Source: a virus (taxonomy: Duplodnaviria; Caudoviricetes). From it: 57,882 nucleotides of DNA. The stretch lies in the IMG/VR virus record IMGVR_UViG_3300036885_000119, positions 1 through 57,882 of that record, one strand, 5' to 3'. The notes below the pieces were generated by a model. The model searched no databases and was not told where the DNA came from. It was given only the letters and a program-made list of their open reading frames with translations. The translations under genes and the position numbers were made by a program. Positions 39,501 through 47,790 of this stretch are shown in pieces; the stretch's first letter is position 1; each line of letters begins with the position of its first letter.

Positions 39501-39774
39501 TGGATGGCATTATTTATTAATTCAATATAATAACGGCACTAATAGCAGCCAAGTTAGCGTAGACCTTGGAGCGCCGGTTGTTTTTTCTGCTATAGGGCGA
39601 TTTAATACACAGATTGAAACAGGATTTATTTTTATGCCACATTGTTTACATTCAATCTTTGATCTTCGAGTATTTAATTTGAATGGAGCAGCTTACCCTA
39701 TGCTTGAATCAACTTTAACATACTACTACAATGACGTTTTGGCTGGTGGAAACAGGACGCTATCACAGGCATGA
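33571..39774 (+). CDS. giant tail protein (nozzle-like scaffold with beta-propeller repeat insertion and C-terminal LamG-like domain)
   Basis: 2067 aa; many VAVG..G.I.TS.DG..WT repeats; C-terminal WHYLLI...IFDLRVFN. Confidence 0.65.
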   Translation: MARRTFEKRSRAQNQEPITRMRDQFFGETSDMPGAAIDKKFQLSLVNQVCYGSFVKSRDGITDRQDDNMGLPPLFGANPGSYYTISSMSQLGTTVTVVGYSFTSADIGKFVCYDNKDGYFNGSNAAIYQTAKITDVGVGTANNTCTVDLPQTVTSRIGQFKYPLNGQWFNAYNQKNIVHVGTTLYQCSPGDYSWAAITQVGVSPIPNCKTIIRDNDNLVVLIPDNDPFGNSSPTNLYLGIWIIDTENNQYWKAAENNTAYPQYSVDAPLKNCTDAPITNGYNRRYLYTKSRFVGDSSNYPIFANRNISTENELQHESGAQQFGPTIKDPDYTLLGTATANGQLYGQLTFYPTISYFTPGSTYAFALAESGAAAKTILFNMSTITPVTIDTIRDSIAPGIISYFPDILVETNSNNSGVPIGAIRLTTTVNYLSYFTSPTVQPISGTNWLNGETGNPGALLSDNGAQTNGKLICYPSLSNFTPGGTYEFDLPVYVNTNTWSPKTGTNLGNHYAVCYGNGIYVAVGPGLIQTSTDGNSWTTRLSGTFSSILYAVAYYSYQGVQKFVAVGQGGVILISDSTGTTWTQKTSNTTRDLKGIAQGYAGKLVAVGGRDIATSADAGNTWAKTTINPCAIVYNGTNLYVIVGPSGLIQTSPDETTWYTQTSGTTKNINAIIWDGTNFVAVGDYGTIITSTNGTAWIIRSSGQISNLKSVAFANSTYVAVGDLATIVRSSDLVTWTGIVPFTPMDFTSITHYTGIWVAVGRNSTGYHVNIVFSKQSDASAWGGYTFLPQNYNLNSVTADSNGNITVVGDDGIIASVLASLIMGDDSVFQIRTSGVTANLNSVTNYTNILIAVGDSGKVTTSTNSTTWTPKTTNITDNLICVAYGNAKYIATTDKGIMYDSSDATTWTLKTTATIGGSFRGIVYTSQYVIVGDAGTVFTSADALTWTKRSLPIANNLLALTYGNSLYITVGSGGAIFTSDDAITWESQQSGITTDLFSIAYGNALFRASGNGGKIISSADGITWGAEVSGVTSDLNSIIFVNSASDFATIGFLISGSSTPVFLISGPQWDNVQIAFILSDQDPVTINSLIDSFASIITSRYPDITITQATDGTGAWIQAILIATTVHQLNYLTNSVVPDVSGAGRLNANSIANGALLVDLTTVAAKYFNDNLSPNTSGTACDPATHYSVYGTEDINTNDVLTVGNDPNAFALLDDIPIMKAFYGDGSTSGLQITSGTDIGTFTTKQGHFTTADVGRIMPIVWQWPYGTAFGYYLAWAKILSLVSGSTTSVNIQLTIDGVNPFTLFTFIDPSYCYDYLKAWATIESHWIFDCSLSGKTMTVNHIWSTNKSGINGTALQNYTLGSYAPYVLTPQVGEQCFLDYGDIRIVTTYDSIAQTITVDANFATEAAACMAFRAMNWSYLDSYTDAEISPKIGNFGIKTRFMRAIPWDGSSRFCGEMLPGFLIASCNISYYYSELPNNYRYLIGDYDPNHQTDKVSEPITAFSSHSDAVGIFSLKSCHVVQTNLDIDFTDESNGMIVRVLPPPKIIGENNGCDGMDELCKIDAGLYAVILYKTADICLFDGNSFGDSLSLGKIRNKIFKLFERTIDYDPQYGLFVRGNDLSGLCYENNRFYYIILPGMFAIGQGEFNDLPLGEMGVHFINNKFSYLYNALIMSKTGDSVPVRAVPGEFFRFNYAAIDNSNMYDDYYYTLCIMAPITSTHITSDDTGTSQAFFIEQMESHIFLNPDKSNIDPVGGVSFIDSVPGSSYPVTPLTIAMTAQNDIGQTVTVSSMVGNNDDINFDLKVRGHRIRYSITFNGAGWQMTGLLSYYKSSDKRTPTNSGDTEHTSQAVILSPVAGIGRTSQLLSLASGNVLQGMTTLGVGALSTIARILGPDGNTYSAYVNIGQVGLCIPSIIDMTNHAFAIGFWYNPAAATSANGIVIESLFLPYQSTISIDGVTGKLIAHDPADPDDSVTIPTSGWHYLLIQYNNGTNSSQVSVDLGAPVVFSAIGRFNTQIETGFIFMPHCLHSIFDLRVFNLNGAAYPMLESTLTYYYNDVLAGGNRTLSQA

Positions 39775-40268
39775 AAATATTAATTCCAATGCAGTCCCAG
39801 AAGGGGTTACCTGAAAAAATCATAGATGCTTATGGAGCACAGACTGAAAAAGCCGAGATAATTACAATTGGTGTTCCTTGTGTTAAAGATGATGTACATC
39901 GTTTTTCGGAAGCAAGATCGAGAGAAATATGCAGTTTAATGGCAAAAACGATAAGCGACCCGGTTGTATGCATGGCGGATTCGGATTGTTTGCAGTTGTT
40001 CACTACCAATCTGGCGGAAGCTAAAGCGGAAATAGAAAGAGTGCCAGAATTGGACGCTGTAGCTTTATCAAAGTATGAGATAAGCAAACTTGACTCGGAG
40101 CATGTTGACATTAAATGTATTGTGATAAGAACACAGCTATTAAGCCAAATATCATGGCTTGCACCAACTGATAAATTGTGTTTGTGTTACAAGGTAAGAG
40201 AATACTTAGATGATTTGGATTATTCATTTAGATATTTGGATAATCGAAAACGGGTTTCAATTGTATGA
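39771..40268 (+). CDS. hypothetical protein, GT-A-like
   Basis: ILIP N-terminus and MADSD motif. Confidence 0.45.
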   Translation: MKILIPMQSQKGLPEKIIDAYGAQTEKAEIITIGVPCVKDDVHRFSEARSREICSLMAKTISDPVVCMADSDCLQLFTTNLAEAKAEIERVPELDAVALSKYEISKLDSEHVDIKCIVIRTQLLSQISWLAPTDKLCLCYKVREYLDDLDYSFRYLDNRKRVSIV

Positions 40269-40642
40269 ATACAAAACATACCCCACAGATCGTTGACTTC
40301 AATGATTCCAAGAAAGCCATACGTGCCCTCAAGGGGTCGGTGGATGATGCTTTTCTATTGCTGAACAGACTTGAGAGCAGCATTGGAAAGGTCAAAAGCG
40401 GGGTATCTTCTGTTCAAATATCGGCAAGTATTTCGGCTATTAAGGGTGGTCAACAAAACCAGGGAGGCCAGACACTTATTGTCCGAGAAATACCTATCCT
40501 TACTTCTGCCCCCAATCCGGCTGTGGGGGCGGCGGTTCCCTGGATACTTTTAGGGGATTACGATACTATTCAGCTTGTGTACCCTGACGGATCAAACCAT
40601 AATCGTCAGCTAGTTCTGAGTTCAGTTATATTTACACCATAG
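40265..40642 (+). CDS. hypothetical tail-region protein
   Basis: ATGA overlap; position in operon. Confidence 0.55.
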   Translation: MNTKHTPQIVDFNDSKKAIRALKGSVDDAFLLLNRLESSIGKVKSGVSSVQISASISAIKGGQQNQGGQTLIVREIPILTSAPNPAVGAAVPWILLGDYDTIQLVYPDGSNHNRQLVLSSVIFTP

Positions 40643-40650
40643 GAACCCGT

Positions 40651-41568
40651 ATGAAAAAACTGCTTTTGCTTTTGGCCTTGTGCTTGCCCGCGTTTGCAAC
40701 ACCAGTTAATTATGACACCGTGAATTGTCACGCCCTGCGCGTAACCCGCACAAAGGGTACGCAACCCGGCACGGCAAAATTTGACGCGCTGGGCCAAATT
40801 TGGAGCGCGGCAATTGATACGGCAGACAGCGCAGGCGTGGCGCACCTAGCGGACACCTGCAAGCACGAGAAGGACACGGTGCGGGCTGCGTATAAAGCGG
40901 ACACGGTTCTGCATCCCGTCCTAACCACGATAAAGCAAGGATATGGAATTACCGTTACGCAATCGGTTGACACATTTACCGTGGCCCTTTATACTCCCCC
41001 GGTGATTGCGGCCCTCACCAACACTTCGCCAACGAATTACGCGGGGCAGATGGTAACGGGCGTCACCGTGAATTGGACGCTGACCGGCGCTGCGATAACG
41101 GGCCAGACGCTCACGGATTGCACGCCCGCACTATCCGACCGTACGCACGCATTTACGGGCCTTTCCTTGACCTCCGACAAATACTATACGCTGGCAATCA
41201 CGGACGGCGTTACACCAACGAGCGCCTCGACGTGGCTGTATTTCTACGTGCAGAAATGGTATGGCACAACCACGGATGCTGCGCCGACGGCCGGGGATGT
41301 GCAGGGCGGAACAGGCGGATGGACGTACCAGTATGCGGCGTACAGGGCGTTGGGTGCGACAAACATCACGGGCGGAGGGAATTACATATTTTATGCTTAT
41401 CCTTCATCGTTCGGAACCGTGGCGTTGACCGTGAACGGCTTTGGCTCGACGTGGAACATGACGACGGTGAGCCTAACAAATTCTTATGGTGATACCAGAA
41501 ACTATTACGTGTACACGAGTCCAACTCAAATCGTGGGGAGAATATCTTTAATCGCGGTAGGTAACTAA
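40651..41568 (+). CDS. Thr-rich fibre/adhesin-like protein with N-terminal signal peptide
   Basis: MKKLLLLLALCLPAFA start; C-terminal YIFYAYPSSFG...YYVYTS beta domain. Confidence 0.6.
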   Translation: MKKLLLLLALCLPAFATPVNYDTVNCHALRVTRTKGTQPGTAKFDALGQIWSAAIDTADSAGVAHLADTCKHEKDTVRAAYKADTVLHPVLTTIKQGYGITVTQSVDTFTVALYTPPVIAALTNTSPTNYAGQMVTGVTVNWTLTGAAITGQTLTDCTPALSDRTHAFTGLSLTSDKYYTLAITDGVTPTSASTWLYFYVQKWYGTTTDAAPTAGDVQGGTGGWTYQYAAYRALGATNITGGGNYIFYAYPSSFGTVALTVNGFGSTWNMTTVSLTNSYGDTRNYYVYTSPTQIVGRISLIAVGN

Positions 41569-41569
41569 A

Positions 41570-43165
41570 ATGAAAACAAAAATTTTAATTTTGCTTTTTC
41601 CCTTGTTTCTTTTTGCGGGCGCACCCCCAGCGACTAATGTTGGTGCTATGATAGCTCCAACTGACAGCGCGGATATTTACGGGACTCATAATTCTTTGTG
41701 GGGTCGTGGCGGCTTTCGTGAGGTATTGAACACGACAGCGCGTAATGCCATTCCACCTCTTCGTAGGGTCATGGGTATGCTGGTTTACTGTACGGCGGAC
41801 AGCACGACGTACCAACTCAGGGGCGATACGACTAACACAAGCTGGCAGGTGTACAAGCTGGGCAAATGTGTTCCCGACAGCGCGGGGAAATATCCTGATT
41901 CTCTATTTTTAAAATCGCTCCAGGTAAAAACTATTTACGGACACGACAGCGTGAATACTGATGGCGGCTATTTGAGCAATCTCAACCTGCGCGCCAAATT
42001 AATAATAATGGTAGCTCCCGGCAGCAATAATAAATTATGGTGGTCGCTTGATACGTCGAATAGCCAATATTTTTACCTAACGGCGCAACCAGCGGGGACA
42101 GGAGCGTCACACATTATTTTGGCTGGCGCCTATGACGGGTCAGCAATACAGACGAGTGGTAATTGGACTTTTTCTACCGTAACGCCGGACAGTCTCGGTG
42201 GAAGAACCGCACGATTTTCGGGAGCGCTATATGGGACAAATCTAACATTAACAGGAATGAGCGCAGCAGGGTTTGTGGAGAACAGTTCCTTGGGGTTATT
42301 ATCTACCCGTACTGCTACACAGGCGCTCGGCGACATCGGGGCTTTAGGTCTGCACGCAACGGCGGACTACGCGCTTGACGCGGGCAAAGTGGGGAGCCGT
42401 GCGGCAAGCTATTTCCTGCCGTCAACGGCTGTGCCAAACGGTACGGCGGGTGTATTGGCGGCGTGGAACAAAACCGGCAGCGATACACTCGTGGGAACAA
42501 ATGTAACCGAAACAGGAAGCCTCCTTTACACTACAGACAGCATATTCGTCAACGGGCGCGGTATTCGCACTACCTCATATCTGCAAGGCGATACTATACT
42601 CTGGACAAAAAAACTCAATGCTGATTCCTCCAGAGCCTATGACAATAGGTACGCTGCTAAATTCACCAGCGGCACCGCAAACTATTTCTGGGGAACGCCG
42701 AACGGCAGCGCAGGCGTGCCTTCTCTGCGGGCGTTTGTTGCGGCAGACCTGCCAAACCTCGGCACTGTAAACACAATTGCCATGTTTGGCACGACGGGTC
42801 TGGCGACGAGCGCGATAACGCAGGCGTCGGGTAAGCTTATTGGTATTGACTGCACGCCAGCGGCAGGGAGCACGTTGGCGATAGGCGGAACGAACGCCGC
42901 AGTAACGATTGCATTTCGTGATAATCCAACAGTAACAGACCCCTACACATACACGCCTATTTGCTCCCGTGTAGAATTTCATTCCGCAGGAGTAGTAAAT
43001 GTCACTCTTGCTGCCGGAAGTTTGGCGGAGGGTACTTTACTTTATTGCACCAGAGACGCAGCATCATCTTATGTTATTGTAAATGGACACGACCTTTCCG
43101 GCGCACATGGGGGTGCTGTATTTATTAAAACATATGACAATGGCTGGCAATTTTTTGGAAACTAA
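41570..43165 (+). CDS. tail-fibre-like protein with N-terminal signal peptide
   Basis: MKTKILILLFPLFLFA start; GG.REV...RNAIP..RR..GMLVY motif; GVPSLRAFVAADLP repeat-type motif. Confidence 0.6.
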   Translation: MKTKILILLFPLFLFAGAPPATNVGAMIAPTDSADIYGTHNSLWGRGGFREVLNTTARNAIPPLRRVMGMLVYCTADSTTYQLRGDTTNTSWQVYKLGKCVPDSAGKYPDSLFLKSLQVKTIYGHDSVNTDGGYLSNLNLRAKLIIMVAPGSNNKLWWSLDTSNSQYFYLTAQPAGTGASHIILAGAYDGSAIQTSGNWTFSTVTPDSLGGRTARFSGALYGTNLTLTGMSAAGFVENSSLGLLSTRTATQALGDIGALGLHATADYALDAGKVGSRAASYFLPSTAVPNGTAGVLAAWNKTGSDTLVGTNVTETGSLLYTTDSIFVNGRGIRTTSYLQGDTILWTKKLNADSSRAYDNRYAAKFTSGTANYFWGTPNGSAGVPSLRAFVAADLPNLGTVNTIAMFGTTGLATSAITQASGKLIGIDCTPAAGSTLAIGGTNAAVTIAFRDNPTVTDPYTYTPICSRVEFHSAGVVNVTLAAGSLAEGTLLYCTRDAASSYVIVNGHDLSGAHGGAVFIKTYDNGWQFFGN

Positions 43166-43185
43166 ACTTTAACAGGGGAGGGTTC

Positions 43186-43512
43186 ATGTTTCGTTTCTTA
43201 TTCGTCTTTTTCGCAGTTCTCGCGTTCACGGGTGTGACAATGGCGCAGCAACCCACGCAGCAGCCATTGACTCCTTATCAGGAGCCAAGAGAAATGACCG
43301 GCACTGAAATGTTGGCACAGGCAAACGCCATAATTGCCACAGAAGTAGACCAAAGTTCAACAGTAGTAAAGGCAATTGCGCTCATTCCAAAACTATACAC
43401 GGAAACGTTGCAATTGAAAAAGGAAAAAGCTGATTTACAAAAGCAGGTTTCTGATTTGCAGACGCAACTCGACGCGCTTAAGGCGGCGCAGAAAAAGGTG
43501 GAAAAGAAATAA
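43186..43512 (+). CDS. signal-peptide coiled-coil protein (fibre chaperone-like or spanin-like)
   Basis: Hydrophobic N-terminus ending VTMA; C-terminal heptads LQKQVSDLQTQLDAL. Confidence 0.55.
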   Translation: MFRFLFVFFAVLAFTGVTMAQQPTQQPLTPYQEPREMTGTEMLAQANAIIATEVDQSSTVVKAIALIPKLYTETLQLKKEKADLQKQVSDLQTQLDALKAAQKKVEKK

Positions 43513-43609
43513 ATTATTCCGCGTAGGGCAAATCTCGTGTGCTCAATCTACGGAATAGATAACGGGGCTGCTGCACGGGACACCCCTTTAAATAAAAGGA
43601 GAAAACGAA

Positions 43610-44068
43610 ATGAAGTCAACATTCTGTAAATTTGGATTTCACAAATGGGACTATTCCCCGGTGAAACTCGTCCGGTATTGTAGGGTGCAAGGGTGCGATG
43701 CGCGGCAATTGTATGACGGTAAAATATGGCAAGCGTTCCTGGTTATCCTGACCGTCGTAGCATGTATCATGGCCGCACAGGACAGCACCTCGCAGTATTA
43801 CGATACAACAAACATCAACTGGAAGCGCAGCGTGCAGTCCATCACCCGCGATACGGCAAGTAAAAATGTAACCCTTACAATATCCCCGCAGGCTATGGTG
43901 CGGTTGCAACCGGATACGTCTGGAATTTTATACAACACTCTTGGCGTAAATAATATCTGGAAAAAGAGCAAACAGGAAAGCGACAGCGCCCTTGGAAAGA
44001 GCATGAAAGACCTGATTGACACCGTGTTCACTCACGCGGGCAAAAGTTTAAAGAAGCAGGCAAAATGA
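43610..44068 (+). CDS. hypothetical membrane/exported protein
   Basis: FCKFGFHKW small Cys/His motif plus one TM segment; AAGGAG RBS. Confidence 0.55.
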   Translation: MKSTFCKFGFHKWDYSPVKLVRYCRVQGCDARQLYDGKIWQAFLVILTVVACIMAAQDSTSQYYDTTNINWKRSVQSITRDTASKNVTLTISPQAMVRLQPDTSGILYNTLGVNNIWKKSKQESDSALGKSMKDLIDTVFTHAGKSLKKQAK

Positions 44069-44238
44069 TGAAATATTTACTTATTGTTTTATTTGCGTTT
44101 GCTCTCTGCGCGGCCAAGACGGATACTTTGGAAATGGTCATACATGACAAAACAAAAAGAATTACGTATCCGAAAACTCCGAGGGAAAACACTGAGTTCT
44201 ATAATGTTGTTTTTGTTATCAAACATAAAAAGAATTAA
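44065..44238 (+). CDS. small signal-peptide protein
   Basis: MMKYLLIVLFAFALCAA; ATGA overlap. Confidence 0.5.
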   Translation: MMKYLLIVLFAFALCAAKTDTLEMVIHDKTKRITYPKTPRENTEFYNVVFVIKHKKN

Positions 44239-44340
44239 ATGACAGACGCAGAAGAAATATGTATTGTGATATTGTTTTTTGCAGTGATAGCAAGTGCGGT
44301 TGCGCTGGTATTCATAAAACTATTTAAGGGGTGGTAAAAA

Positions 44341-44688
44341 ATGGAAGAGACCAACAAGGAACATTTTGCGAACGGTTTTGAGCGCAGAGACAAAGATCAC
44401 GACAAAGACCCTTTCGTGCCTGACGAAAAGCCGAACATTCCGGTGTGTCCCTTGCACGACAAGCGTGATATTTTATTCAGTGGAATAACAACCTCCGTTG
44501 ATGGCATTTTGAATCTTGTAAAAGATATTAGAAAATCACAACTGGAAGAAATTACGTTTCGTGCAGAAATAAACAAACGCATTTCCTCCGTAGAAAAGCA
44601 TATTGGAATCACGGCGAAAATAATTATTGGCTTGTGTGCGCTACAACTCATAGAGGTTGTTTTTATTGTTGTTGCTTTAATGCTGTAA
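44341..44688 (+). CDS. C-terminal TM coiled-coil protein (lysis region)
   Basis: ERR motif, coiled coil, C-terminal hydrophobic helix. Confidence 0.55.
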   Translation: MEETNKEHFANGFERRDKDHDKDPFVPDEKPNIPVCPLHDKRDILFSGITTSVDGILNLVKDIRKSQLEEITFRAEINKRISSVEKHIGITAKIIIGLCALQLIEVVFIVVALML

Positions 44689-44697
44689 GGGGTTTTT

Positions 44698-45069
44698 ATG
44701 GCTGATGAAAATGGCTTCGGTTATTACGTTCAGGCCGTACAACAACAACTCACACAGATAGCAAAAACTCTGGAAACAATCCGCGAGGAAAACTTTACAA
44801 AAGCCGATATGAATGTTTTTAAAGAGGACGTTTGTTTTCCGCGTGGAATACAACAGAAAGAAATCAGCGACAAGGTTGAAGGCCACGAAAAGTTCAAAAT
44901 CCAAATTCTCGCCATTGTTATAGTTATCAGTACCCTTATCGGCGGAGGGGCAATTGTGATAAATTTTTTACAAATGCAAAACATGAAAATAGAGCTTAAA
45001 AATACTTCAGCAGTTGAAACCTCCAAAGCAGTGCAGACTATTGCTACGATAGAGAAGGGAAAACAGTAA
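44698..45069 (+). CDS. single-TM protein (lysis region)
   Basis: ILAIVIVISTLIGGGAIVI TM segment; its stop codon is supplied by the IS end. Confidence 0.6.
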   Translation: MADENGFGYYVQAVQQQLTQIAKTLETIREENFTKADMNVFKEDVCFPRGIQQKEISDKVEGHEKFKIQILAIVIVISTLIGGGAIVINFLQMQNMKIELKNTSAVETSKAVQTIATIEKGKQ

Positions 45070-46346
45070 ATTACCACGGGCACAAGGCCCGTGGCTTTAA
45101 ACAACAGGCATCGAGCAGGTATCGCAGTTATGCAACACCATCTCAATAGTACCCGGTTTTCTGGGGGATTTACTTCTCCCCGTATCTATCGAGTTCAACC
45201 CGATAGACATAGAACGTCCTGCAATATTCTTGCTGGCGTTCCAATCCGCGTCTGCGGTATAACCGCAGCTCGTACATTTGAACAAAAAACCGTCCCTGTT
45301 GGATTTGTCAATATGACCGCATCTATGACACATACGAGAAGTATTCTTGGGAGAAACAACCTCCACAGAAACACCCTTGGAAGCAGCCTTATAAGTAACA
45401 CAAAACGTGAATTTTCCATAAGGCCAACGGTTAATCCTACTTCTAAGAGTTTTACCTTTACTCTTAGAGGCTTCTCGTATGTTAGACAAATCCTCAAGAA
45501 CAATTTTTCTTGCACCAACAGAATCAGCCCAATTTACAAGTCTCTTAGAAGCAACATGCACCGCATGTTCAGTTACGGAAGCCTCATGCCCCGACATTCT
45601 CCGAAGGAGTTGTCGAGACGATCTGGTTCCAACTGCTTGTACTTTGGCTCTGGTTCTTCTGATGTTGGAAAGTTTGTTGTTCAGATGATTAGCTTTATAA
45701 AACAATTTGTTGTTATTGAAGTCAGTTGCAACAAAAAGTCTTTTTATTCCTTGATCAACTCCAATAATAGTTCCAGTAGTAAGTGGTTCTGTAATGTCAA
45801 TTTCATAAGAAAGATTTAAATACCATTGATTTTCTTTAATAAATATTTTAGAATCTTTCCAGTTATCAGGAATTGTTCTGGAATCTTGAAAAGAAATAGG
45901 ATCAGACCAAAGAGTAATATTTTTCTTGGTTCGAGCAAAATCTCTCTTCCAGACAATAGGAATGGATTGCTTTTTGTAAATAGACAGATGCCATTCTTTC
46001 TTTGTCTTTTGAGTTTTATATGCAGCAGAAATGGTTCTGAAAAGAGTACAAGTAAGTTGAGAAGGAAGATTAAATTTCTCACGAACTGTTTTATAGTATG
46101 CTTGTGCAAGTCGGTTAGAATTTATTTCCTTGGTTTCAAAAACAATTTTAGAAAGCCAATTGCAGGCAGAAAGCCAGTGTGGAAGCAACTTATCTGCTTT
46201 ATGCTGACCGGTGAATTTAATTTTCATAGTTCGTATTGTTTTCACAGTTAGTAATATAGTATATTTGTATTGAGAGTAGTTAAACAATTTAACTTGGAGG
46301 ACGCAATTCCTCCACGGGGACAAGCCCCGTGGTTTCCTTGCGTAAA
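45066..46346 (-). mobile_element. IS200/IS605-family tnpB-only element, TAM TGAT
   Basis: Minus-strand left end TTTACGCAAGGAAACCACGGGGCTTGTCCCCGTGGAGGAATTGCG; right end AAAGCCACGGGCCTTGTGCCCGTGGTAATTTAC. Removal restores AAA CAA TCA TGA, an ATGA overlap of the flanking genes. Confidence 0.9.
45097..46245 (-). CDS. tnpB: RNA-guided endonuclease TnpB
   Basis: GVDQG, VLEDL, CHRC...CTSC, ADWNAS; likely start GTG 46245 or ATG 46227. Confidence 0.92.
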   Translation of the reverse strand: MKTIRTMKIKFTGQHKADKLLPHWLSACNWLSKIVFETKEINSNRLAQAYYKTVREKFNLPSQLTCTLFRTISAAYKTQKTKKEWHLSIYKKQSIPIVWKRDFARTKKNITLWSDPISFQDSRTIPDNWKDSKIFIKENQWYLNLSYEIDITEPLTTGTIIGVDQGIKRLFVATDFNNNKLFYKANHLNNKLSNIRRTRAKVQAVGTRSSRQLLRRMSGHEASVTEHAVHVASKRLVNWADSVGARKIVLEDLSNIREASKSKGKTLRSRINRWPYGKFTFCVTYKAASKGVSVEVVSPKNTSRMCHRCGHIDKSNRDGFLFKCTSCGYTADADWNASKNIAGRSMSIGLNSIDTGRSKSPRKPGTIEMVLHNCDTCSMPVV

Positions 46347-46349
46347 ATC

Positions 46350-46850
46350 ATGAAAATAATTCACGGTTTCCGCCTTTCAGCGCCGGAGGTTTCTGGCTAT
46401 CCCGACACGGTAAGAATCTACAATGGAAACACCGGGGATATGCTTCTGTATGAATCTACACGGTTCCGTACCAACCCAAATCCTAATAAACCCAGCACGC
46501 AACAGCCCTGGTATAAGGTATACGCCCAGATAGCACCTACTAACGAGCAAGGCATACCGTGGAAATGTGTCGAGACAATCAAGCGCGGCCGGTGTATTGC
46601 CCTGAATGACGAGGGACCTGTTGCCACGACGGGGCCGGATCCCAATAACGAGGGCAAGGCGTTCGCCACTGCCGTGCTGATCCATTGCGGCTTTTCCGAT
46701 ACATGGCCTGGCTCGATGGCTTGCCAAACGATATTCCCGGCGGATTGGGCCGCATTTATAAGCCATTTCACCCTGGGAGAGTCGGGTATATATATTTTAA
46801 CGGACGAAACAGTAAGCGAGGAAGAACAGACTATTATGGAATCACTTTAA
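46350..46850 (+). CDS. putative endolysin (YkuD/L,D-transpeptidase-like catalytic motif)
   Basis: LIHCGFSDTWPGSMACQ (HxG...SxxC); lysis-module position; true start ATG 46350. Confidence 0.6.
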   Translation: MKIIHGFRLSAPEVSGYPDTVRIYNGNTGDMLLYESTRFRTNPNPNKPSTQQPWYKVYAQIAPTNEQGIPWKCVETIKRGRCIALNDEGPVATTGPDPNNEGKAFATAVLIHCGFSDTWPGSMACQTIFPADWAAFISHFTLGESGIYILTDETVSEEEQTIMESL

Positions 46851-46862
46851 CAAGGAGGACGT

Positions 46863-47096
46863 ATGTCAGGAAATATTGTTGCCGAGGCATTGTTGTTAAT
46901 TGAAAGGCCCATTGCAAAAGCGGTTATTTCGGCCGCTGAGGCCGAACTGAAATCCCTAACGCCGGAGCAAATCAAGGCGGCGGCGGATTGGCTCAATTCC
47001 AAGGTCGGCGGCAACAAGCCGTTCGAGGAACAGGGAATGGAATTTATCATCAAGGGAACAATCGGAATTATTGATTTTCTCGAAACCTTAAAATAA
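46863..47096 (+). CDS. hypothetical protein
   Basis: AGGAGG RBS. Confidence 0.6.
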   Translation: MSGNIVAEALLLIERPIAKAVISAAEAELKSLTPEQIKAAADWLNSKVGGNKPFEEQGMEFIIKGTIGIIDFLETLK

Positions 47097-47105
47097 GGAG
47101 GAAGT

Positions 47106-47363
47106 ATGGGATTGATTCAAGCGGTTGTTGCGTTATGGCAGGGGATGAACGGCCATAAGTTTAACAGTGGGGCGGCGATAACGATTTTATCGTTCGCTTT
47201 CCTAAAGGCATTTACGGCTTTTGGAATGACACCGGATCAAGCTACCAGTGACGCGACATACATTATAGGCGCGGTTGGTGTGGTGATAATGCTGGTAGGA
47301 TATGTGCATCAGTGGTATAAAAGTATTCAAGCAAAAAAGGCGATGACTCCAGCCGCAAAGTAG
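47106..47363 (+). CDS. holin (putative)
   Basis: 85 aa, two TM helices, basic C-terminus; last late gene. Confidence 0.6.
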   Translation: MGLIQAVVALWQGMNGHKFNSGAAITILSFAFLKAFTAFGMTPDQATSDATYIIGAVGVVIMLVGYVHQWYKSIQAKKAMTPAAK

Positions 47364-47382
47364 TTCGGTGGTGAATGAGGAG

Positions 47383-47407
47383 GGGCGGTTTGCTACCGCC
47401 CTTTTTT
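47383..47407 (+). terminator. rho-independent terminator at the convergence of late arm and cassette array
   Basis: GGGCGGT-TTGCT-ACCGCCC-TTTTTT. Confidence 0.8.
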
Positions 47408-47752
47408 ACGTTTCGCAATATCGGAGGCACATGGAGGTTGACCGAAACAACAGTAAATATCCGCGCAGGCCTTAGCTATATTTAATACATCATCCTTAGT
47501 GTACGCCATTTTCGGCTGCGGCTGTGTTGGTGGTTTGTTCGCCACCGCTCCGCGCTTGTTGTAAATGGTTGACCTCCTTTGTTTCGGCGACGCATCTTCC
47601 CAGCCGTCTAAATCAAACCACGTCGCTTCGCCTTTTATCGTGTGACAACCCATTAAATCCTTTGCAACAAAACACTCTCTACGCTCATTGTCGTGCGTTA
47701 TTCCTACGAAACGGAATCCTTCGATGTTGGGGAGGTCTTGTAAATGTTTCAT
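47393..47752 (-). CDS. cassette 16 hypothetical protein (degenerate, chimeric 3' end)
   Basis: ORF follows GTTGCCGG leader; 3' end contains a copy of the cassette-14-type end. Confidence 0.6.
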   Translation of the reverse strand: MKHLQDLPNIEGFRFVGITHDNERRECFVAKDLMGCHTIKGEATWFDLDGWEDASPKQRRSTIYNKRGAVANKPPTQPQPKMAYTKDDVLNIAKACADIYCCFGQPPCASDIAKRKKGR

Positions 47753-47790
47753 TTGCGCCGCCTTTCAATTTTCAAAGCCGGTTTTATTTC

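Noticed and set aside
43513-43590. c-di-GMP-I riboswitch-like words (GGGCAAA...ATAACGGGGCTGC)
   Set aside because: The central GAAA tetraloop and GACGCAAAG core are absent; only a generic hairpin is supported. An Rfam scan would settle it.
45091-46251. Plus-strand ORFs of 242 and 141 aa
   Set aside because: Shadows of the minus-strand tnpB.
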